From: the human T2T-CHM13v2.0 reference genome, Homo sapiens
Direction: 5' to 3' (one strand)
DNA: 64,000 nucleotides
NCBI RefSeq assembly: GCF_009914755.1
Contig: NC_060943.1
Notes under the pieces: generated by a model
Told to the model about the DNA's origin: nothing
The model's input: the letters and a program-made list of their open reading frames with translations, nothing else
Database searches by the model: none
Shown here: positions 11,550 to 24,559 of the stretch, piece by piece
How the letters are laid out: every line of letters starts with the position of its first letter
How positions within the stretch are numbered: the first letter of the stretch is position 1
Program-made: the position numbers and the translations under genes

Positions 11550-14500
11550 CATAGAGCAGTTGGGAATCACTCTGTTTGTAAAGTCTGCAAGTGGATATTC
11601 AGACCTCTTTGAGGCATTCTTTGGAAACGGGATTTCTTCATATTATGCTAGACAGAAGAATTCTCAGTAACTTCCTTGTGTTGTGTGTATTCAACTCACA
11701 GAGTTGAACGATCCTTTACACAGAGCAGACTTGAAACACTCTTTTTGTGGAATTTGCAAGTGGAGATTTCAGCCGCTTTGAGGTCAATGGTAGAAAAGGA
11801 AATATCTTCGTATAAAAACTAGACAGAATGATTCTCAGAAACTCCTTTGTGTTGTGTGCGTTCAACTCACAGAATTTAACCTTTCTTTTCATAGAGCAGT
11901 TAGGAAACACTCTGTTTGTAAAGTCTGCAAGTGGATATTCAGACCTCCTTGAGGCCTTCGTTGGAAACGGGTTTTCTTCATATTATGCTAGACAGAAGAA
12001 TTCTCAGTAACTTCCTTGTGTTGTGTGTATTCAACTCACAGAGTTGAACGATCCTTTACACAGAGCATACTTGAAACACTCTTGTTGTGGAATTTGCAAG
12101 TGGAGATTTCAGCCGCTTTGAGGTCAATGGTAGAATAGGAAATATCTTCCTATAGAAACTAGACAGAATGATTCTCAGAAACTCCTTTGTGATGTGTGCG
12201 TTCAACTCACAGAGTTTAACCTTTCTTTTTATAGAGCAGTTAGGAAACACTCTGTTTGTAAAGTCTGCAAGTGGATATTCAGACCTCCTTGAGGCCTTCG
12301 TTGGAAACGGTATTTCTTCATATTATGCTAGACAGAAGAATTCTCAGTAACTTCCTTGTGTTGTGTGTATTCAACTCACAGAGTTGAACGATCCTTTACA
12401 CAGAGCAGACTTAAACACTTTTTGTGGAATTTGCAAGTGGGGATTTCAGCCGCTTTGAGGTCAATGGTAGAATAGGAAATATCTTCCTATAGAAACTAGA
12501 CAGAATGATTCTCAGAAACTGCTTTGTGATGTATGCGTTCAACTCACAGAGTTCAACCATTCTTTTCATAGAGCAGTTAGGAAACACTCTGTTTGTAAAG
12601 TCTGCAAGTGGATATTCAGACCTCTTTGAGGCCTTCGTTGGAAACGGGATTTCTTCATATTCTGCTAGACAGAAGAATTCTCAGTAACTTCCTTGTGTTG
12701 TGTGAATTCAACTCACAGAGTTGAACGATCCTTTACACAGAGCAGACTTGAAACACTCTTTTTGTGGAATTTGCAAGTGGAGATTTCAGCCGCTTTGTGG
12801 TCAATAGTAGAATAGGAAATATCTTCCTATAGAAACTAGACAGAATGATTGTCAGAAACTCCTTTGTGATGTGTGCGTTCAACTCACAGAGTTTAACCTT
12901 TCTTTTCATAGAGCAGTTAGGAAACACTCTGTTTGTAAAGTCTGCAAGTAGATATTCAGACATCTTTGAGGCTTTCTTTGGAAACGGGATTTCTTCATAT
13001 TCTGCTAGAAAGAAGAATTCTCAGAAACTTCCTGGTGTTGTGTGTATTCAACTCACAGAGTTGAACGATCCTTTACTCAGAGCAGACTTGAAACACTCCT
13101 TTTGTGGAATTTGCAAGTGGAGATTTCAGCCGCTTTTAGGTCAATGGTAGAATAGGAAATATCTTCCTATAGAAACTAGACAGAATGATTCTCAGAAACT
13201 CCTTTGTGCTGTGTGCGTTCAGCTCACAGAGTTTAACCTTTCTTTTCATAGAGCAGTTAGGAATCACTCTGTTTGTAAAGTCTGCAAGTGGATATTCAGA
13301 CCTCTTTGAGGCATTCTTTGGAAACGGGATTTCTTCATATTATGCTAGACAGAAGAATTCTCAGTAACTTCCTTGTGTTGTGTGTATTCAACTCACAGAG
13401 TTGAACGATCCTTTACACAGAGCAGACTTGAAACACTCTTTTTGTGGAATTTGCAAGTGGAGATTTCAGCCGCTTTGAGGTCAATGGTAGAAAAGGAAAT
13501 ATCTTCGTATAAAAACTAGACAGAATGATTCTCAGAAACTCCTTTGTGTTGTGTGCGTTCAACTCACAGAATTTAACCTTTCTTTTCATAGAGCAGTTAG
13601 GAAACACTCTGTTTGTAAAGTCTGCAAGTGGATATTCAGACCTCCTTGAGGCCTTCGTTGGAAACGGGTTTTCTTCATATTATGCTAGACAGAAGAATTC
13701 TCAGTAACTTCCTTGTGTTGTGTGTATTCAACTCACAGAGTTGAACGATCCTTTACACAGAGCATACTTGAAACACTCTTGTTGTGGAATTTGCAAGTGG
13801 AGATTTCAGCCGCTTTGAGGTCAATTGTAGAATAGGAAATATCTTCCTATAGAAACTAGACAGAATGATTCTCAGAAACTCCTTTGTGATGTGTGCGTTC
13901 AACTCACAGAGTTTAACCTTTCTTTTTATAGAGCAGTTAGGAAAAACTCTGTTTGTAAAGTCTGCAAGTGGATATTCAGACCTCCTTGAGGCCTTCGTTG
14001 GAAACGGTATTTCTTCATATTATGCTAGACAGAAGAATTCTCAGTAACTTCCTTGTGTTGTGTGTATTCAACTCACAGAGTTGAACGATCCTTTACACAG
14101 AGCAGACTTAAACACTTTTTGTGGAATTTGCAAGTGGGGATTTCAGCCGCTTTGAGGTCAATGGTAGAATAGGAAATATCTTCCTATAGAAACTAGACAG
14201 AATGATTCTCAGAAACTGCTTTGTGATGTATGCGTTCAACTCACAGAGTTCAACCTTTCTTTTCATAGAGCAGTTAGGAAACACTCTGTTTGTAAAGTCT
14301 GCAAGTAGATATTCAGACATCTTTGAGGCTTTCTTTGGAAACGGGATTTCTTCATATTCTGCTAGACAGAAGAATTCTCAGAAACTTCCTTGTGTTGTGT
14401 GTATTCAACTCACAGAGTTGAACGATCCTTTACTCAGAGCAGACTTGAAACACTCCTTTTGTGGAATTTGCAAGTGGAGATTTCAGCCGCTTTTAGGTCA

Positions 14501-14600
14501 ATGGTAGAATAGGAAATATCTTCCTATAGAAACTAGACAGAATGATTCTCAGAAACTCCTTTGTGCTGTGTGCGTTCAGCTCACAGAGTTTAACCTTTCT
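11550..14600 (+). repeat. Tandem duplication of a 5-dimer unit (1697 bp), second copy lacking one dimer
   Basis: GAATCAC, GCATTCTTTGG, GTTGTG/GAATTTAAC, CGGTATTT and TTAAACACTTTTT recur at offset 1697; the offset drops to 1357 from ~14300. Confidence 0.88.
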
Positions 14601-17600
14601 TTTCATAGAGCAGTTAGGAAACACTCTGTTTGTAAAGTCTGCAAGTGGATATTCAGACCTCTTTGAGGCCTTCGTTGGAAACGGGATTTCTTCATATTCT
14701 GCTAGACAGAAGAATTCTCAATAACTTCCTTGTGTTGTGTGTTTTCAACTCACAGAGTTGAACGATGCTTTACACAGAGTAGACTTGAAACACTCTTGTT
14801 GTGGAATTTGCAAGTGGAGATTTCAGCCGCTTTGAGGTCAATGGTAGAATAGGAAATATCTTCCTATAGAAACTAGACAGAATGATTCTCAGAAACTCCT
14901 TTGTGATGTGTGCGTTCAACTCACAGAGTTTAACCTTTCTTTTCATAGAGCAGTTAGGAAACACTCTGTTTGTAAAGTCTGCATGTGGATATTCAGACCT
15001 CTTTGAGGCCTTCGTTGGAAACGGGATTTCTTCATATTATGCTAGACAGAAGAATTCTCAGTAACTTCCTTGTGTTGTGTGTATTCAACTCACAGATTTG
15101 AACGATCCTTTACACAGAGCAGACTTGAAACACTCTTGTTGTGGAATTTGCAAGTGGAGATTTCAGCCGCTTTGAGGTCAATGGTAGAAAAGGAAATATC
15201 TTCCTATAAAAACTAGACAGAATGATTCTCAGAAACTCCTTTGTGATGTGTGCGTTCAACTCACAGAGTTTAACCTTTCTTTTCATAGAGCAGTTAGGAA
15301 ACACTCTGTTTGTAAAGTCTGCAAGTGGATATTCAGACCTCTTTGAGGCCTTCGTTGGAAACGGGATTTCTTCATATTCTGCTAGAGAGAAGAATTCTCA
15401 GTAACTTCATTGTGTTGTGTGTATTCAACTCACAGAGTTCAACGATCCTTTACACAGAGCAGACTTGAAACACTCTTTTTGTGGAATTTGCAAGTGGAGA
15501 TTTCAGCCGCTTTGAGGTCAATGGTACAAAAGGAAATATCTTCCTATAAAAACTAGAGAGAATGATTCTCAGAAACTCCTTTGTGATGTGTGCGTTCAAC
15601 TCACAGAGTTTAACCTTTCTTTTCATAGAGCAGTTAGGAAACACTCTGTTTGTAAAGTCTGCAAGTGGATATTCAGACCTCCTTGAGGCCTTCGTTGGAA
15701 ACGGGATTTCTTCATATTATGCTAGACAGAAGAATTCTCAGTAAGTTCCTTGTAGTGCGTGTATTCAACTCACAGAGTTAAACGATCCTTTACACAGAGC
15801 ATACTTGAAACACTCTTTTTGTGGAATTTGCAAGTGGAGATTTCAGCCGCTTTGAGGTCAATGGTAGAATAGGAAATATCTTCCTATAGAAACTAGACAG
15901 AATGATTCTCAGAAACTCCTTTGTGATGTGTGCGTTCAACTCACAGAGTTTAACCTTTCTTTTCATAGAGCAGTTAGGAAACACTCTGTTTGTAAAGTCT
16001 GCAAGTGGATATTCAGACCTCTTTGAGGCCTTCGTTTGAAACGGGATTTCTTCATATTCTGCTAGACAGAAGAATTCTCAGTAACTTCCTTGTGTTGTGT
16101 GAATTCAACTCACAGAGTTGAACGATGCTTTACACAGAGCAGACTTGAAACACTCTTTTTGTGGAATTTGCAAGTGGAGATTTCAGCCGCTTTGTGGTCA
16201 ATAGTAGAATAGGAAATATCTTCCTATAGAAACTAGACAGAATGATTGTCAGAAACTCCTTTGTGATGTGTGCGTTCAACTCACAGAGTTTAACCTTTCT
16301 TTTCATAGAGCAGTTAGGAAACACTCTGTTTGTAAAGTCTGCATGTGGATATTCAGACATCTTTGAGGCTTTCGTTGGAAACGGGATTTCTTCATATTCT
16401 GCTAGACAGAAGAATTCTCAGAAACTTCCTTGTGTTGTGTGTATTCAACTCACAGAGTTGAACGATCCTTTACTCAGAGCAGACTTGAAACACTCCTTTT
16501 GTGGAATTTGCAAGTGGAGATTTCAGCCGCTTTGAGGTCAATGGTAGAATAGGAAATATCTTCCTATAGAAACTAGACAGAATGATTCTCAGAAACTCCT
16601 TTGTGCTGTGTGCGTTCAGCTCACAGAGTTTAACCTTTCTTTTCATAGAGCAGTGAGGAAACACTCTGTTTGTAAAATCTGCAAGTGGATATTCAGACTT
16701 CCTTGAGGCCTTCATTGGAAACGGGATTTCTTCATATTCTGCTATACAGAAGAATTCTCAGAAACTTCCTTGTGTTGTGTGTTTTCAACTCACAGAGTTG
16801 AACGATGCTTTACACAGAGTAGACTTGAAACACTCTTGTTGTGGAATTTGCAAGTGGAGATTTCAGCCGCTTTGAGGTCAATGGTAGAATAGGAAATATC
16901 TTCCTATAGAAACTAGACAGAATGATTCTCAGAAACTCCTTTGTGATGTGTGCGTTCAACTCAGAGAGTTTAACCTTTCTTTTCATAGAGCAGTTAGGAA
17001 ACACTCTGTTTGTAAAGTCTGCAAGTGGATATTCAGAACTCCTTGAGGCCTTCGTTGGAAACGGGATTTCTTCATATTCTGCTAGACAGAAGAATTCTCA
17101 GTAACTTCCTTGTGTTGTGTGTATTCAACTCACAGAGTTGAACGATCTTTTACAGAGAGCAGACTTGAAACACTCTTTTTGTGGAATTTGCAAGTGGAGA
17201 TTTCAGCCGCTTTGAGGTCAATGGTAGAATAGGAAATATCTTCCTATAGAAACTTGACAGAATGATTGTCAGAAACTCCTTTGTGATGTGTGCGTTCAAC
17301 TCACAGAGTTTAACCTTTCTTTTCATAGAGCAGTTGGGAAACACTCTGTTTGTAAAGTCTGCAAGTGGATATTCAGACCTCTTTGAGGCCTTCGTTGGAA
17401 ACGGGATTTCTTCATATTCTGCTAGACAGAAGAATTCTCTGTAACTTCCTTGTGTTGTGTGTATTCAACTCACAGAGTTGAATGATCCTTTACACAGAAC
17501 AGACTTGAAACACTCTTTTTGTGGAATTTGCAAGTGGAGATTTCAGCCGCTTTGAGGTGAATGGTAGAATAGGAAATATCTTCCTATAGAAACTAGACAG

Positions 17601-17749
17601 AATGATTCTCAGAAACTCCTCTGTGATGTGTGCGTTCAACTCACAGAGTTTAACCTTTCTTTTCATAGAGCAGTTAGGAAACACTCTGTTTGTAAAGTCT
17701 GCAAGTGGATATTCAGACATCTTTGAGGCTTTCTTTGGAAAAGGGATTT

Positions 17750-19830
17750 CTTCATATTCTGCTATACAGAAGAATTCTCAGAAACTTCCTTGTGTTGTGT
17801 GTTTTCAACTCACAGAGTTGAACGATGCTTTACACAGAGTAGACTTGAAACACTCTTGTTGTGGAATTTGCAAGTGGAGATTTCATCCGCTTTGAGGTCA
17901 ATGGTACAATAGGAAATATCTTCCTATAGAAACTAGACAGAATGATTCTCAGAAACTACTTTGTGATGTGTGCGTTCAACTCACAGAGTTTAACCTTTCT
18001 TTTCATAGAGCAGTTAGGAAACACTCTGTTTGTAAAGTCTGCAAGTGGATATTCAGACCTCCTTGAGGCCTTCGTTGGAAACGGGATTTTTTCATATTAT
18101 GCTAGACAGAAGAATTCTCAGTAACTTCCTTGTGTTGTGTGTATTCAACTCACAGAGTTGAACGATCCTTTACACAGAGCAGACTTGAAACACTCTTGTT
18201 GTGGAATTTGCAAGTGGAGATTTCAGCCGCTTTGAGTTCAATGGTAGAATAGGAAATATCTTCCTATAGAAACTAGACAGAATGATTCTCAGAAACTCCT
18301 TTGTGATGTGTGCGTTCAACTCACAGAGTTTAACCTTTCTTTTCATAGAGCATTTAGGAAACACTCTGTTTGTAAAGTCTGCAAGTGGATATTCAGACCT
18401 CCTTGAGGCCTTCGTTGGAAACGGGATTTCTTCATATTATGCTAGACAGAAGAATTCTCAGTAACTTCCTTGTGTTGTGTGTATTCAACTCACAGAGTTG
18501 AACGATCCTTTACACAGAGCATACTTGAAACACTCTTTTTGTGGAATTTGCAAGTGGAGATTTCAGCCGCTTTGAGGTCAATGGTAGAATAGGAAATATC
18601 TTCCTATAGAAACTAGACAGAATGATTCTCAGAAACTCCTTTGTGATGTGTGCATTCAACTCACAGAGTTTAACCATTCTTTTCATAGAGCAGTTAGGAA
18701 ACACTCTGTTTGTAAAGTCTGCAAGTGGATATTCAGACCTCTTTGAGGCCTTCGTTGGAAACGGGATTTCTTCATATTCTGCTAGACAGAAGAATTCTCA
18801 GTAACTTCCTTGTGTTGTGTGTATTCAACTCACAGAGTTGAACGATCCTTTACACAGAGCAGACTTGAAACACTCTTTTTGTGGAATTTGCAAGTGGAGA
18901 TTTCAGCCGCTTTGAGGTCAATGGTAGAAAAGGAAATATCTTCGTATAAAAACTAGACAGAATGATTCTCAGAAACTCCTTTGTGATGTGTGCGTTCAAC
19001 TCACAGAGTTTAACCTTTCTTTTCATAGAGCAGTTAGGAAACACTCTGTTTGTAAAGTCTGCAAGTGGATATTCAGACCTCCTTGAGGCTTTCGTTGGAA
19101 ACGGGATTTCTTCATATTCTGCTATACAGAAGAATTCTCAGAAACTTCCTTGTGTTGTGTGTTTTCAACTCACAGAGTTGAACGATGCTTTACACAGAGT
19201 AGACTTGAAACACTCTTGTTGTGGAATTTGCAAGTGGAGATTTCATCCGCTTTGAGGTCAATGGTAGAATAGGAAATATCTTCCCATAGAAACTAGAGAG
19301 AATGATTCTCAGAAACTACTTTGTGATGTGTGCGTTCAACTCACAGAGTTTAACCTTTCTTTTCATAGAGCAGGTAGGAAACACTCTGTTTGTAAAGTCT
19401 GCAAGTGGATATTCAGACCTCCTTGAGGCCTTCGTTGGAAACGGGATTTTTTCATATTATGCTAGACAGAAGAATTCTCAGTAACTTCCTTGTGTTGTGT
19501 GTATTCAACTCACAGAGTTGAACGATCCTTTACACAGAGCAGACTTGAAACACTCTTGTTGTGGAATTTGCAAGTGGAGATTTCAGCCGCTTTGAGTTCA
19601 ATGGTAGAATAGGAAATATCTTCCTATAGAAACTAGACAGAATGATTCTCAGAAACTCCTTTGTGATGTGTGCGTTCAACTCACAGAGTTTAACCTTTCT
19701 TTTCATAGAGCAGTTAGGAAACACTCTGTTTGTAAAGTCTGCAAGTGGATATTCAGACCTCCTTGAGGCCTTCGTTGGAAACGGGATTTCTTCATATTAT
19801 GCTAGACAGAAGAATTCTCAGTAACTTCCT
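17750..19830 (+). repeat. Partial duplication at a 4-dimer offset (1360 bp)
   Basis: TTTCATCCGC (17881/19241), AAACTACTTTG (~17953/~19313), GGATTTTTTC (~18084/~19444), GAGTTCAATGG (~18234/~19594). Confidence 0.85.
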
Positions 19831-22800
19831 TGTTTTGTGTGTATTCAACTCACAGAGCTGAACGATCCTTTACACAGAGCAGAGTTGAAACACTCTTTTT
19901 TTGGAATTTGCAAGTGGAGATTTCAGCCGCTTTGGGGTCAATGGTAGAATAGGAAATATCTTCCTATAGAAACTAGACAGAATGATTCTCAGAAACTCCT
20001 TTGTGATGTGTGCATTCAACTCACAGAGTTTAACCTTTCTTTTCATAGAGCAGTTAGGAAACACTCTGTTTGTAAAGTCTGCAAGTGGATATTCAGACCT
20101 CTTTGAGGCCTTCGTTGGAAAAGGCATTTCTACATATTCTGCTAGACAGAAGAATTCTCAGAAACTTCCTTGTGTTGTGTGAATTCAACTCACAGAGTTG
20201 AACGATCCTTTACACAGAGCAGACGTGAAACACTCTTTTTGTGGAATTTGCAAGTGGAGATTTCAGCCGCTTTGTGGTCAATAGTAGAACAGGAAATATC
20301 TTCCTATAGAAACTAGACAGAATGATTGTCAGAAACTCCTTTGTGATGTGTGCGTTCAACTCACAGAGTTTAACCTTTCTTTTCATAGAGCAGTTAGGAA
20401 ACACTCTGTAAAGTCTGCAAGTAGATATTCAGACATCTTTGAGGCTTTCGTTGGAAACGGGATTTCTTCATATTCTGCTAGACAGAAGAATTCTCAGAAA
20501 CTTCCTTGTGTTGTGTGTATTCAACTCACAGAGTTGAACGATCCTTTACACAGAGTAGACTTGAAACACTCTTGTTGTGGAATTTGCAAGTGGAGATTTC
20601 AGCCGCTTTGAGGTCAATGGTAGAATAGGAAATATCTTCCTATAGAAACTAGACAGAAAGATTCTCAGAAACTCCTTTGTGATGTGTGCGTTCAACTCAC
20701 AGAGTTTAACCTTTCTTTTCATAGAGCAGTTAGGAAACACTCTGTTTGTAAAGTCTGCAAGTGGATATTCAGACCTCCTTGAGGCCTTCGTTGGAAACGG
20801 GATTTCTTCATATTATGCTAGACAGAAGAATTCTCAGTAACTTCCTTGTGTTGTGTGTATTCAACTCACAGAGTTGAACGATCCTTTACACAGAGCAGAC
20901 TTGAAACACTGTTTTTGTGGAATTTGCAAGTGGAGATTTCAGCCGCTTTGAGGTCAATGGTAGAATAGGAAATATCTTCCTATAGAAACTAGACAGAGTG
21001 ATTCTCAGAAACTCCTTTGTGATGTGTGCATTCAACTCACAGAGTTTAACCTTTCTTTTCATAGAGCAGTTGGGAAACACTCTGTTTGTAAAGTCTGCAA
21101 GTGGATATTCAGACCTCTTTGAGGCCTTCGTTGGAAACGGGATTTCTTCATATTCTGCTAGACAGAAGAATTCTCAGAAACTTCCTTGTGTTGTGTGTAT
21201 TGAACTCACAGAGTTGAACGATCCTTTACTCAGAGCAGACTTGAAACACTCCTTTTGTGGAATTTGCAAGTGGAGATTTCAGCCGCTTTTAGGTCAATGG
21301 TAGAATAGGAAATATCTTCCTATAGAAACTAGACAGAATGATTCTCAGAAACTCCTTTGTGCTGTGTGCGTTCAGCTCACAGAGTTTAACCTTTCTTTTC
21401 ATAGAGCAGTTAGGAAACACTCTGTTTGTAAAGTCTGCAAATGGATATTCAGACATCTTTGAGGCCTTCGTTGGAAACGGGATTTCTTCATATTCTGCTA
21501 GACAGAAGAATTCTCAGAAACTTCCTTGTGTTGTGTGTTTTCAACTCACAGAGTTGAACGATGCTTTACACAGAGTAGACTTGAAACACTCTTTTTGTGT
21601 AATTTGCAAGTGGAGATTTCAGCCGCTTTGAGGTCAATGGTAGAAAAGGAAATATCTTCGTATAAAAACTAGACAGAATGATTCTCAGAAACTCCTTTGT
21701 GATGTGTGCGTTCAACTCACAGAGTTTAACCTTTCTTTTCATAGAGCAGTTAGGAAACACTCTGTTTGTAAAGTCTGCAAGTGGATATTCAGACCTCTTT
21801 GAGGCCTTCGTTGGAAACGGGATTTCTTCATATTCTGCTAGACAGAAGAATTCTCAGTAACTTCATTGTGTTGTGTGTATTCAACTCACAGAGTTCAACG
21901 ATCCTTTACACAGAGCAGACTTGAAACACTCTTTTTCTGGAATTTGCAAGTGGAGATTTCAGCCGCTTTGAGGTCAATGGTAGAAAAGAAATATCTTCCT
22001 ATAAAAACTAGACAGAATGATTCTCAGAAACTCCTTTGTGATGTGTGCGTTCAACTCACAGAGGTTAACCTTTCTTTTCATAGAGCAGTTAGGAAACACT
22101 CTGTTTGTAAAGTCTGCAAGTGGAGATTCAGACCTGCTTGAGGCCTTCGTTGGAAACGGGATTTCTTCATATTATGCTAGACAGAAGAATTCTCAGTAAC
22201 TTCCTTGTAGTGTGTGTATTCAACTCACAGAGTTGAACGATCCTTTACACAGAGCAGACTTGAAACACTCTTTTTGTGTAATTTGCAAGTGGAGATTTCA
22301 GCCGCTTTGAGGTCAATGGTAGAATAGGAAATATCTTCCTATAGAAACTAGACAGAATGATTCTCAGAAACTCCTTTGTGATGTGTGCATTCAACTCACA
22401 GAGTTTAACCATTCTTTTCATAGAGCAGTTAGGAAACACTCTGTTTGTAAAGTCTGCAAGTGGATATTCAGACCTCTTTGAGGCCTTCGTTGGAAACGGG
22501 ATTTCTTCATATTATGCAAGACAGAAGAATTCTCAGTAACTTCCTTGTGTTGTGTGTATTCAACTCACAGAGTTGAACGATCCTTTACACAGAGCATACT
22601 TGAAACACTCTTGTTGTGGAATTTGCAAGTGGAGATTTCAGCCACTTTGAGGTCAATGGTAGAAAAGGAAATATCTTCGTATAAAAACTAGACAGAATGA
22701 TTCTCAGAAACTCCTTTGTGATGTGTGCGTTCAACTCCCAGAGTTTAACCTTTCTTTTCATAGAGCAGTTAGGAAACACTCTGTTTGTAAAGTCTGCAAG

Positions 22801-24559
22801 TGGATATTCAGACCTCTTTGAGGCCTTCGTTGGAAACGGGATTTCTTCATATTCTGCTAGACAGAAGAATTCTCAGTAACTTCCTTGTGTTGTGTGTATT
22901 CAACTCACAGAGTTGAACGATCCTTTACACAGAGCAGACTTGAAACACTCTTTTTGTGGAATTTGCAAGTGGAGATTTCAGCCGCTTTGAGGTCAATGGT
23001 AGAATAGGAAATATCTTCCTATAGAAACTAGACAGAATGATTCTCAGAAACTCCTTTGTGATGTGTGCGTTCAACTCACAGAATTTAACCTTCCTTTTCA
23101 TAGAGCAGTTGGGAAACACTCTGTTTGTAAAGTCTGCAAGTGGATATTCAGACCTCTTTGAGGCCTTCGTTGGAAACGGGATTTCTTCATATTCTGCTAG
23201 ACAGAAGAATTCTCTGTAACTTCCTTGTGTTGTGTGTATTCAACTCACAGAGTTGAATGATCCTTTACACAGAACAGACTTGAAACACTCTTTTTGTGGA
23301 ATTTGCAAGTGGAGATTTCAGCCGCTTTGAGGTCAATGGTAGAATAGGAAATATCTTCCTATAGAAACTAGACAGAATGTTTCTCAGAAACTCCTCTGTG
23401 ATGTGTGCGTTCAACTCACAGAGTTTAACCTTTCTTTTCATAGAGCAGTTAGGAAACACTCTGTTTGTAAAGTCTGCAAGTGGATATGCAGACATCTTTG
23501 AGGCTTTCGTTAGAAACGGGATTTCTTCATATTCTGCTATACAGAAGAATTCTCAGAAACTTCCTTGTGTTGTGTGTATTCAACTCACAGAGTTGAACGA
23601 CGCTTTACACAGAGCAGACTTGAAACACTCTTTTTGTGGAATTTGCAAGTGGAGATTTCAGCCGCTTTGAGGTCAATGGTAGAATAGGGAATATCTTCCT
23701 ATAGAAACTAGACAGAATGATTCTCAGAAACTCCTTTGTGATGTGTGCGTTCAACTCACAGAGTTTAACCTTTCTTTTCATAGAGCAGGTAGGAAACACT
23801 CTGTTTGTAAAGTCTGCAAGTGGATATTCAGACCTCCTTGAGGCCTTCGTTGGAAACGGGATTTCTTCATATTATGCTAGACAGAAGAATTCTCAGTAAC
23901 ATCCTTCTGTTGTGTGTATTCAACTCACAGAGTTGAACGATCCTTTACACAGAGCAGACTTGAAACACTCTTTTTGTGGAATTTGCAAGTGGAGATTTCA
24001 GCCGCTTTGAAGTCAAAGGTAGAATAGGAAATATCTTCCTATAGAAACTAAACAGAATGATTCTCAGAAACTCCTTTGTGATGTGTGCATTCAACTCACA
24101 GAGTTTAACCTTTCTTTTCATAGAGCAGTTAGGAAACACTCTGTTTGTAAAGTCTGCAAGTGGATATTCAGACCTCTTTGAGGCCTTCGTTGGAAACGGG
24201 ATTTCTTCATATTATGCTAGACAGAAGAATTCTCAGTAACTTCCTTGTGTTGTGTGTATTCAACTCACAGAGTTGAACGATCCTTTACACAGAGTAGACT
24301 TGAAACACTCTTTTTGTGGAATTTGCAAGTGGAGATTTCAACCGCTTTGAGGTCAATGGTAGAAAAGGAAATATCTTCGTATAAAAACTAGACAGAATGA
24401 TTCTCAGAAACTCCTTTGTGATGTGTGCGTTCAACTCACAGAGTTTAACCTTTCTTTTCATAGAGCAGTTAGGAAACACTCTGTTTGTAAAGTCTGCAAG
24501 TGGATATTCAGACCTCTTTGTGGCCTTCGTTGGAAACGGGATTTCTTCATATTCTGCTA

